In this document: positions 14,101 through 26,100 of the stretch, piece after piece
How the letters are laid out: each line of letters begins with the position of its first letter
Position numbering within the stretch: the stretch's first letter is position 1
Source of the DNA: Macrostomum lignano
Taxonomy: Eukaryota
Reading direction: 5' to 3'
NCBI GenBank assembly: GCA_002269645.1
Contig: NIVC01000242.1
Span: forward strand, 23,449 to 87,448
Length of the DNA stretch: 64,000 nucleotides
Program-made: the position numbers and the translations under genes
The notes under the pieces: generated by a model
The model's database searches: none
What the model was told of the DNA's origin: nothing
Seen by the model: only the letters and a program-made list of their open reading frames with translations

Positions 14101-17100
14101 GTCTACAAATAATGTAAGGGTCTACGGATCTACGGATGGTCTAAGGTTATCTACGGATAGTCTAAGGGTATCTACGGATAGTCTAAGGGTATCTACAGAT
14201 AGTCGGGCAGCTACGGATAGTCTAAGGGCATCTACGGATAGTCTAAGGGCATCTACGGATAGTCTAAGGGCATCTACGGATAGTCTAAGGGCATCTACGG
14301 ATAGTCTAAGGCATCTACGGATAGTCTAAGGCATCTACGGATAGTCTAAGGCATCTACGGATAGTCTAAGGCATCTACGGATAGTCTAAGGCATCTACGG
14401 ATAGTCTAAGGCATCTACGGATAGTCTAAGGCATCTACGGATAGTCTAAGGCATCTACGGATAGTCTAAGGCATCTACGGATAGTCTAAGGCATCTACGG
14501 ATAGTCTAAGGCATCTACGGATAGTCTAAGGGCATCTACGGATAGTCTAAGGGCATCTACGGATAGTTAAAGGATAGCTATCAGATACCAAGGGGTTGTA
14601 ACCTAGTGGTTAGAGCTTCGGACTCACGACTTTAAGGTCGGGGGTTCGATTCTCGATCCACGCGGAACTGCAGTTTGTGTCCTTGAGCAAGACACTTAAA
14701 ATTGTCTAGCATTGCTTCAGTTCACCCAGCTATAAAATGGGTGCCAGCGTTAGCTGGGGTAATTCAGGGTTTGTGTGGGCACCCTCCAGTCCTTGGATTA
14801 AACAGTCGTACGCAGCCTTCAGATGCGCCGCGCAATAGCATATAGTGTATAAAGTTCTACGAATATTGGCAATGTAACTATCAGCTATCAATTTGAGTGT
14901 TGTCAATAAGAAAAAAAAAGATTTTTCGGGAAACATCGTGCACTTTTTCTAACCCAATTTTAAAAGTTAAGAATAATTACATCGGGGTGGATTAGTGCTC
15001 TGTGCATAAACTGAAGCATCGAAGCATGCACTGAGCATGGACTGCTCCGCCTGTTGGCCGCCTCGACTCTTGAGGCAACTGAGCAGCATCGAGTGTCATG
15101 CATTGACTTTACTATTGCCGCTTGGCTAAATTTTCAAGAGACTCTCGGGGCAAATGCTTTTCCGAGTAATAAGCGATTCCAGGTTGAGCGTCCCCCCAGT
15201 CTTCATCGATACTTCTGGCTTCATTTCAATTGGCATGCTTTCAAGCTCTGATACTGATCAGGAGACTGAGGACCTACGCAAGCTATTCATTCACTGGCTG
15301 GAGTGCGATGGAGATTAGTAGAGAGATAAGTAGAGGGATGCACTTAGCCAGACAGGGAGCTCTTAGATCTATAACTTGGGAGTAGCAACTCCTTATGACA
15401 GTTTTGAGGTGTTTTATTACTCTAATTAAGCACAATGGACTGCTCAATGCAGTCAAGGCAAGAAAAATACTTGCCTTGGGGGTTGGCCCTCAAGGACGTT
15501 AATTGCACGAGCAGAGCCAAGCCGCGATTCCAATTTAGCCCCGAAATAATTTGACTGCATTTGGAATCGAGCCTGGGCCGCTGACACAGAGCGCCGCGCT
15601 AGACAACTGGGCTACGGCCCCCATAGGTCTACATGTAGATCTCCTTGACTTCTTGGTCCGGAAGTGTGCAGGGCGGACCGGGCTGCCCGTGTCTTGTTCT
15701 CATCCGCTCTCAGCCTTTTTGAGCCCTCCCGGATCCGCTTAGCTCTCCTTACCATATTTCTGTCTCCTGCCAGACAGAATCTCCCCTCTAGGATCTGACT
15801 TCGCCCTTCCCCTCCGCCAGCCGCCCCACATCTGCTGGCCTGCTTTCATCGGTATTCATAGATAGACTGTTTGGCAGCGGTGGCGGCAACCTCCGACCCC
15901 GATAAGAAGCATGAGTATAGTATCGGTAGAGTTGAAAAAGTGAATAAGACATGGCCGAGATGAAGAGCTGAAAAAAGTTGTGAACAAGGAGACACCCCTG
16001 ACCCTTTCCCCTTCTAAATACTTCGAATCCAAAATTGAATAAGTATAGGCGTTTTAGGACAAAGACAAAGACTGTGGATAGAAAATCAATTTAGGTCAAC
16101 CTAGATCCACAACCATATAGTAGACATCAGTACAAAGAAGGACACCAGCAGCAACCTCTTTCATAGTAGACTCTCTATATCTCAGTGATGTTATTCAATT
16201 TATGAGCTCACTGAAATCATGCTTAAACATCGATTTCCATGAAGTGAAGATCAGGATTATCAGGATAGGACCCCAGTGATTACGCAAAAAGCGTTGCAAT
16301 GTGCTAAAATGCTTTCTAAAAGGAGTTTCCGCAGTTTGCGAGAAACAACTCTGAATCGTCAACCGCGTGAAGCTGCAGAAATCAACCTTGAGCGTTGGAA
16401 CGAAAACTGGCTTCATAATTTATCTGCGTCTCTTGTTAGGCAGCCTGTCTGCCTAGACTAGATATCTGCTAGTCTGACAAGCTGAAAAAATTCAATCCAA
16501 ATCTGCCATGCCCCCCGCAGTTGCTACTCTATCATCTGCAGCTTGCCAACGTGCCCGAGTATTCTCCTCAGTATCCAGGGCTCAACTGGGATTTGAGATC
16601 TTGGATTAAGATTCTCTGATTACTTTTGGCGTTTCGGGTATCACGATCGGGTTGCTTTATTGCTTTACTAATACTACTACTACTACTACTACTAATATTA
16701 CTGCTGGGTGTAGCAGTGTTTTTCATTGCTATTCGTTTTATAGTGTGTTAAGATGGATGGCTCGCGTGTCAATGAACTTCTCTCTTTCAATTTTTCTACC
16801 CCCCCCTCTCTTCCTCTTCGCATGGCATTGGGCAATGCAACATTTTTTGTAAGAGTATATCAGATATATGCTTTCACTGTAAATGCGGGGTTTTTGCTAC
16901 ACGCTGCAGGTTGGGTCTCCATACCTTTGCCTTGCAACTTCTATATTGTCTGTTGGGCGTACGACTCGACTGTCCAGTGTGTTGCTAAATAATGTAGACT
17001 GGAATTGTGCCTCAAACTATGCCGACTGGATAAAGCACTGAGTATAAGGACAGCGTAGGATAGATAAATCCTATGCCCAATAGATAGACTGGATAAGGCG

Positions 17101-20100
17101 CCAGCTGCATAGACTGGATAAGGCGCCAGCTGCATAGACTGGATGAGGCGCCAGCTGCATAGACTGGATAAGGTGCCAGCTGCATAGACTGGATAAGGCG
17201 CCAGCTGCATAGACTGGATGAGGCGCCAGCTGCATAGACTGGATAAGGCGCCAGCTGCATAGACTGGATGAGGCGCCAGCTGCATAGACTGGATGAGGCG
17301 CCAGCTGCATAGACTGGATAAGGTGCCAGCTGCATAGACTGGATAAGGCGCCAGCTGCATAGACTGGATGAGGCGCCAGCTGCATAGACTGGATGAGGCG
17401 CCAGCTGCATAGACTGGATAAGGTGCCAGCTGCATAGACTGGATAAGGTGCCAGCTGCATAGACTGGATAAGGCGCCAGCTGCATAGACTGGATGAGGCG
17501 CCAGCTGCATAGACTGGATGAGGCGCCAGCTGCATAGACTGGATAAAACGCCAGCTGCATAGACTGGATAAAACGCCAGCTGCATAGACTGGATAAAACG
17601 CCAGAATTTTCCAACGCGTGATTGCAATGCTTAAATTGGCTTATCCTCCGCGCCTAGCTTATTTCTCTGATCCCTAATTCGTCGGTAGGACCGAACCAAG
17701 CTTCTAGGAAATTAGGAAACACCTATATAGGTTCGGTCTGCCTTTAACCCTTTAATGGTTTGCATTTCCCATGCGATTTGAAATCCCCTCTCTGTCTGTG
17801 TGTGACTGGCTGCACCAGCTCTAGCGGCTTGCGTGCTGCGGCCCCGGCCTACAACTAATTGCGGGCAGCGGCAGTGCCTCCGACCCCCGATAATGAGCAT
17901 TTAGACAGCGGCCCACCGCCTCTACGCCTCCCCCGATTAGAGTGGCTTAGTTAGCCGTCTCAGCTCCTCCTCACCGTCTTATGACTAATGAGCCTTGCAG
18001 TCTCGAAAAGCACCTTAATGAAATCTAGTAGCTGGATGGGCGGGTGGATGAGTAGGGAGCTAGGAGAGGAGAGGCGCGAGTTGATGGTGGCTAGTATTTA
18101 TACATAGACTAAGCCCGTCTGTCTAGCAGGAATGCGAACCTACTCCCTTATAGGAAACCATTCCCTTAGGAAACCACTTAGGAAACCACCCACTCTCTTA
18201 GGAAACCACCCAATCCCTTAGGAAACCACCCACTTCCTTAGGAAACCACCCAATCCCTTAGGAAACCACCCAATCCCTTAGGAAACCACCCACTCCCTTA
18301 GGAAACCACCCACTCACTTAGGAAACCACCCACTCACTTAGGAAACCACCCACTCTCTTAGGAAACCACCCAATCCCTTAGGAAACCACCCACTCTCTTA
18401 GGAAACCACCCACTCCCTTAGAAAACCACCCACTCCCTTAGAAAACCACTCACTGTCTTAGGAAACCACCCACTCCCTTAGGAAACCACCCACTCTTAGG
18501 AATTCACTTCCCTAGGAAACCACTCATTTAAGAAACTGCGAGCCTCCTCCATTAGGAAACCACTCCCTTAGGAAACCACTCCCTTAGTTAACCACTCCCT
18601 TAGGAAACCACTCCCTTAGGAAACCACTCCCTTAGGAAACCACTCCCTTAGGAAACCATTCCTTTAGGAAACCACTCCCTTAGTTAACCACTCCCTTAGG
18701 AAACCATTCCTTTAGGAAACCACTCCCTTTGGAAACCACTCATTTAGGAAACCACTCCCTTAGGAAACCACTCCCTTAGGAAACCACTCCCTTAGGAAAC
18801 CACTCCCTTAGGAAACCACTCCCTTAGGAAACTACTCCCTTAGGAAACCACTCCCTTAGGAAACCACTCCCTTAGGAAACCACTCCCTTAGGAAACTACT
18901 CCCTTAGGAAACTACTCCCTTAGGAAACTACTCCCTTAGGAAACCACTCCCTTAGGAAACTACTCCCTTAGGAAACCACTCCCTACTAGACTATCCGTAA
19001 CCTACTCCCTTTAGTCTCTTTAGCAACCGGCTCCCATTGGGTTTAGGTGTAATAGTAATTCCCATCTATATATACAAACTGAATTCGTAGTTGATTTGTA
19101 ATAAAATCGAGCCATCAATAAACTCAAAAAAGATATTGTTAACATTATAGTTACCTGTCTTTGTTTATGCATTTCGGGGGAACTTTAGGGCAGCAAGTTC
19201 AAGAGGGCTCTTGTACGATTGTTGTCTTAGCTTATTAAAGTCAAGTCAAGGTTTAACAGACACAAGAGGTCAAGTGGGAGTTTAAAAGACTTGCATTTTG
19301 TTGCTGAACTGCCCTGCAATCCTGAAAGCTTAAAGGCTAGCATATCGCTCATTCACAATGACAGAAAAAAGCTAACCGACTGTTTTTTTCACTGTCAGGG
19401 AGTGCAACAGTAGGCCTAATAAACTGCTTGGGCAAATTATATCTGCATAATGCTATTGCAGTTTAGGCCGCGCTATGCATTGGAATTTAATTATGGGTCT
19501 GCCCCCCCCCCCTAGTTCGCTAAGTGCCCGCAATGGCTGGCTGTACAAGCCGAGGGCGGGGACAGCTGACCTTCCGTTGGTCTTCCGTTCGATTCAGTTG
19601 GTTCGTGCGCAGAAAAATATATTTCCCCTAATAATCCGCACTGCCCCCCGATATGTGCCGCTGGATTTTTTCTCGATAGCTGCTTTGCCTCCGAGCGGGG
19701 CAAAAATTTGTGCGCCAAATTACTTCCTGTTTTTCCTCTCTTGCCTCTCCATTGGCTTCGGGTAAGCTATCAGTTTTCCTCACTCTTGGCCTATCGTTCG
19801 GTCTTTGGTCTACAATGCAGCATTAGAGCAACTAGCGTTCGGTTGCTTGAGGCTGCTCTAAATGAGATTGATTGTGATAAGGGAAGTTAAGTGTAGTTGT
19901 TATCTCATTAAGCTTGGCACAAGCCTGGGGGGACTGGCTAATAGATTCAGACAGACAGACACAGACAGACAGACAGACAGACAGACTGACACTAAGACAC
20001 TAAGACACTAAGACACTAAGACAAACATCAAAATGCTAAGACAGACTGACTGAATGACTGGAGAGGCAGACAGGCATAACGACAGACAGACGAGCAGACG

Positions 20101-23100
20101 CATAAGACAGACGTATGGACAGTCATATGCTAGCAATCTGTATCTGTCAGCCAACTCTACAAAGCCATGTTCCTTTCAACTTCCCTTCGTAATCCACTTC
20201 GCGGATCCAGGCAGCAGTGGGAGGCAGGCGGTTCAAGGCGAATCTATTTTGAAATCAGTGAATCGCATATACAGCACACAGTGCGGGATAAAAGTGCGGA
20301 AGGGTGCGATGAAAGGGCACGTCGGCGGACTGATGCGAGATTATTTGCGCGCAAACTGGCTATTCAGCAGGGACGCGCCGTAGAAGCGCTTTTTGCGTGT
20401 TTCTGCTGTGTCTGGTGCAGCCGGGCCGAGACTGGATTTGCCATGATGAATAGCCACGCCACGTCATAAAACACATTCGCTTCGTATCTTCGTATTAAAT
20501 GACAAGTCAAAGGCACACACTTGCGACACAATCTTCGCATCAAACCATGCACCGTGCGAGACATATTTTAAGCATGGGGCTCAAGCCAGCCCCCATACCT
20601 AGGACGGAAACGGCTGCACTGTACATAAGAGTGCGCTTGAATAAGAAAGATCAAACCATGTACACGCAGAAAAGTACAAATCGCAAACACGAATATATAA
20701 ATGGGGGAAAGACAGTGACATGTCGGGAAAAGTCGGTGAGAGCGACTTTCCGTAGGCCGTAGTGCGTCGTACGTAGGCCAGTACGAAGTAGGAGTGAGTG
20801 ACAAATGCGGGAGAATGAGTGACAGATGCGGTGAAGTAGTGAGTGACAGATGCGGTGAAGTAGTGAGTGACAGATGCGGGGAAGAGAGTGAGTGACAGAT
20901 GCGGGGAAGTAGTGAGTGACAGATGCGGTAAAGTAGTGAGTGACAGATGCGGGGAAGAGAGTGAGTGACAGATGCGGGGAAGTAGTGAGTGACAGATGCG
21001 GGAGAATGAGTGACAGATGCGGTGAAGTAGTGAGTGACAGATGCAGTGAAGTAGGAGTGACAGATGCGGTGAAGTAGTGAGTGACAGATGCGGGGAAGAG
21101 AGTGAATGACAGATGCAGTGAAGGAGTGAGTGGACAGTCTGCGTTCGTGAGATAATTGGTAGGTCATTACTATTGCATGCGATTCTTACAGCTTTACGGA
21201 TATATGTATGAGCGGTTTATATATATATATATACATACGGCATATGTACTCCCATCGCGTTTTAATGAGCATTGCCAATTTTGAAATTTTTCAAATTAGG
21301 CAAAAAAGAAGATGCCATCATAAATGTGCGAGTATAACGATATGGATGTTGATATGGATATGGTTTCGGATCTTACTTTATTCAGGCCTGAATTTCACTT
21401 GCAGCACCAGATGCGCAGGCATTAGTCACTATGCGCGGAATTCTGAGTCTTTTGATTAGTTATTCCCAGCTGCCCTTTGTTATGAGTTTCAATTAGGAAT
21501 TGATCATTTGGATTTTGATATTCGTCAGTCAGTCAGTCAGCCAGGCAGTCAGGCAGTCAGGCAGTCAGTCAGTCAGTCAGCCAGTCAGGCAGTCAGTCAG
21601 GCAGGCAGGCAGTCAGGCAGTCAGTCAGTCAGTCAGTCAGTCAGTCAGTCAGCCAGTCAGGCAGGCAGTCAGGCAGTCAGTCAGTCAGTCAGTCAGTCAG
21701 TCAGCCAGTCAGTCAGTCAGTCAGCCAGTCAGTCAGTCAGGCAGGCAGGCAGGCAGGCAGTCAGTCAGCATTCCAACTCCCCCCTCCAGCAGTATCTGGG
21801 CCTGGCAGCTGACATTGGCGAACCATTCGCTGGATTGGCGGCAGCGGCAGCGGCCGCATCCTCAACGGCAAGCTCAGCCCAGGACACCGACCGGCTGGTA
21901 CTGAACTTGGACATCCCGCTGGCTGATGCTGCGGCTGGTAGCCTTGGCGTCAGCGTCAAATCTTTGCCGTTGTCGAGCGGCAGCAATGGCAGCGCCAGCA
22001 GCGACTCCGGCGGCCGCGGCGTCTTTGTGAAAAGCGTCATCAGTGGAGGCGCCGCTTACAAGGTTTGTGGCCTTTATGGCACCCTGAGTTTTATGGCGAG
22101 GTCATGGCCTCAAACTGGCAGTATCTGACAGACACTGGGGTCAGCGGCCAGCGGGGTCATGACCTCACACTGGCAGTATCTGACAGACACTGGGGTCAGC
22201 GGGGTCATGACCTCAGACTGGCAGTATCTGACAGACACTGGGGTCAGCGGGGTCATGACCTCAGACTGGCAGTATCTGACAGACACTGGGGTCAGCGGGG
22301 TCATGACCTCAGACTGGCAGATACTGGGGTCAGCAAGGTCATGACCTCATGCAGAAAGCTGTCTCTGGAACTCCTTGTACAGGATGGCCGGCTCCGCGAG
22401 AACGACCAGCTGCTGTCCGTGAACGGCTACTCGCTGGAAGGCGTCAACAACACGGAAGCGACGGCCACTCTGCGTCGAGCAATCCGCGAATGCGGCGGCC
22501 CGGGCGGCTGCCTCCGCCTGTCCATTGCCAGGCGTCAGCTGAGGCAGCAGCCGGGCTCCCAGCAGCACTGGCGGGCGCAGCACGGCAGGCACCATCAGCA
22601 GCAGGACTCCGGCTCCAGCGGTTGGCCACCTGCGTCTAGCATCAACACAGTCAGCAGCGTTGGCAGCAGCGGCAGCGTCACAGTCAGCGCTGATGTGCAC
22701 CACTCGCCGCCGCTGCTGCCGGCCCTGGCCGAGGGTCGACCGACTGCGGCATCGACTTCCGCCTCTAGCGAGGAGAACAGTCATCTGGCATCGCCCACAG
22801 CTCAGCAGCAGCAGCAACAGCAGGAACAGCAACAGCAACAGCAAAAGCAACAGCCGCCTCCTTTGCCTCCAGTGAGTTCCATTCAGTTTATGCCGAGGCT
22901 TCAAATTTAGTCACTACCTGATGTCTAACTGATGCGATATTTTTCTCTTTTTGCTGCTACATTTATTGAGTTGAGCATCTGTTGTCTTTTGTTGAGTTCA
23001 TGTCTATCTATTTATTTTGCAATGGATATAGGTTAGGCTAATTAAGCTAGTTCGGCTCAGCAGGGGGTTGAGATTGCACTGGATTATAACAAATTATATA

Positions 23101-26100
23101 TTAGAGTATTGACTATTGCGGTAATAAACCGCATGAGTGTAAAAATAGTGTTGTTTAAAGCATTCTGAACAAAAAAGCAAAAGGGAACCTGCTTCAGCGG
23201 CACAAACAGCAGCATCAGTATAGTGTTGCGCTTTTTCTTTCCTCTTCAACTTTCTCTCTATCCATCCCGCACCCTGTGTTGGCAGGCTGGGCAGTTGAGG
23301 GCTAGGAGAAGGCTTTAGCTCTGATTACGGTAGCCTTCGGTGCTAGGCTAGTTTGACTTGGCGCCTAATTTGATAACCTGCTGTCCTTCTGGCTATGCAC
23401 TGGAGCCTTAATCTCTCCCTCTTGCCCTCCTATTTTTCAACCTTTCTCTCCTCACATTTAGTCAGTAAATACATATACATACACGAAGCTAATCCGTCAT
23501 TCAGTTAGAGAGGTGGGCTGAAATGCATATAAGAAATCTTTAAGAAACTATTTTAGGTCACGATTGGTAAGCACTTGTGCTAGACTAAAAACTGCTTGAT
23601 GAATCAACTTTACAGCGGTTAGAACTTGAATGTAGAACTCGGATACAGCATAGCAACGGTATCTTAATCCAAGTGTGGGACCATGGATACAGCATAGCAA
23701 CGGTATCTTAATCCAAGTGTGGGACCATGACTACAGCATAGCAACGGTATCTTAATCCAAGTGTGTGACCATGGATACAGCATAGCAACGGTATCTTAAT
23801 CCAAGTGTGGGACCATGACTACAGCATAGCAACGGTAGTAGCTTTATACAAGTGTGTGACCATGGATACAGCATAGCAACGGTAGCTTTATACAAGTGTG
23901 TGACCATGGATACAGCATAGCAACGGTAGTAGCTTTATCCAAGTGTGTGACCATGACTACAGCATAGCAACGGTAGTAGCTTTATACAAGTGTGTGACCA
24001 TGATACAGCATAGCAACGGTAGCTTTATCCAAGTGTGTGACCATGGATACAGCATAGCAACGGTATCTTAATCCAAGTGTGGGACCATGACTACAGCATA
24101 GCAACGGTAGTAGCTTTATACAAGTGTGTGACCATGGATACAGCATAGCAACGGTAGCTTTATCCAAGTGTATGACCATGGATACAGCATAGCAACGGTA
24201 GCTTTATCCAAGTGTATGACCATGGATACAGCATAGCAACGGTAGCTTTATCCAAGTGTGTGACCATGACTACAGCATAGCAACGGTAGTAGCTTTATAC
24301 AAGTGTGTGACCATGATACAGCATAGCAACGGTAGCTTTAACCAAGTGTGTGACCATGACTACAGCATAGCAACGGTAGTAGCTTTATACAAGTGTGTGA
24401 CCATGATACAGCATAGCAACGGTAGCTTTATCCAAGTGTATGACCATGGATACAGCATAGCAACGGTAGCTTTATCCAATTGTGTGACCATGGATACAGC
24501 ATAGCAACGGTAGCTTTATCCAATTGTGTGACCATGGATACAGCCAAGGTGCGGTGCAACTACACTAACCGATTAGTTGAACTCACTCGCTAGCAATGCA
24601 CATTTTATAATACGCAAGCTCTAATAACTGATTCTGCTTTAGCTAAAATGCTGCGGCTGCGGATTAGCTAATCTCATTACACGGCTTATTGATTTTCTGT
24701 TTGCTCTCTCTTTTTTTCAGAGGCTATCATCGCTGTCGAGACGGTCTTGAGTGAAAGCTAGTCAGTTAGTGCTTTAGCAGCTTTTCATTCATATTTTTTT
24801 GTTAATCTCGTGTGCCATCTTTAAACTTTGCAATATCGGTGTCCGATTTAAGAGCTTGGAAGCTGGATTGAGCTTTAAAAAATTCCTCCATCTACCCTGC
24901 CCCACCCAGCTTTAGAAGTTAGCAGGTTATTTTTCCACTGTCTCCGCTTCTGTGGCTGCCGCATGTTTACTACTAATAATAATAAAACTCGCGTTTTGCG
25001 TTGGCAATTAACATTGGCTAATATAAAATATATTAGTAGCACCACGAGATCCCTTCGCTTCTTGATATTTTAGTATAGATGAAATTCTGAAATCGAGTAC
25101 CTGTTTTTCGTGGAAAATTGCATCATTTTTCACCCAATTTTTGGTGCGCTTACGTTGCCTCATTCGTGTGCCTGCACAGAAAATGAGGCTACAAGAGGAA
25201 GGAAACCCGACGTTAATTAGCGACAGAATCTTTGCAAATGTCAATTTTTAATCGGCATATTCTACTCATAGTGGCAGTTAACGCATGTTGGCATGCAAAA
25301 ATTTCTAATGGCTTTTTTTTAAGCAGCTAAGCCAAGTGACAGCCCAATCCCGACTTGCCAACTCGCAGGAGGTCGCCGCTTTCGATTCACGCCGACAAGC
25401 CACAGACTCTCTGCCCCCCACCCCCGCCGCCGCGACACCGCTGACTGAGGCACCGCTGACTGAGGCACCGCCAACACCGCCTCCTCGAGCGCCTCCACCT
25501 TCGACATCTTCGGCCACTATTGGCGATGCAGTCGCTGCCGCCGCTGCAGCAGCCGCAGCCGCCGCTGCAGCAGCCGCAGCCGCCGCCGCAACGGCCGCCG
25601 CAGTGTGCAACGCCAAGGAGGAGTGCGGAAAGAGGCGGTCCTGCTCGCTGGATGAACTGCTGCTTGAGGACCGGGCGAATAATAGAGAGTAAGATTTCCT
25701 TGTGCTGCTTGCCTCTGCTCAGTGTTTCAGTGCCGTCCCAACCGGTTTTCAGATGTTCTTCCAGCCATTTTGTGGGTATCTCTAATCGGTATTTGGGTAC
25801 CGCTAACCGGTATTAAGACATCCCTAATCGGTATTTGGGTATCCCTAACCGGTATTAAGACATCCCTAATCGGTATTTGGGTATCCCCAATCGGTATTTA
25901 GGTATCACCAACCGGTAATTGGGTATCCCCAACCGGTATTTGGGTATCCCCAACCGGTATTTAGGTATCCCCAACCGGTATTTAGGTACCCCCAACCGGT
26001 ATTTAGGTATCCCCAACCGGTATTTAGGTACCCCCAACCGGTATTTAGGTATCCCCAACCGGTATTTAGGTATCCCCAACCGGTATTTAGGTACCCCCAA

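Noticed and set aside
14592-14665. tRNA gene (also at 62042 and 15555)
   Set aside because: The anticodon and acceptor stems do not pair, and the sequence continues into a shared SINE body.
15060-15250. Gypsy RNase H-like peptide IAYYSEKHLPRE on the minus strand
   Set aside because: Too short, flanked by stops, and no other retroelement motifs or LTRs were seen.
18155-18985. Telomeric repeat (TTAGG-containing)
   Set aside because: TTAGG is embedded in 16-20-bp units, not in (TTAGGG)n or (TTAGG)n tandem arrays.
24700-24770. Strong acceptor at 24720 as an extra par-3 exon
   Set aside because: The required phase-0 frame stops after 9 codons and there is no convincing donor.
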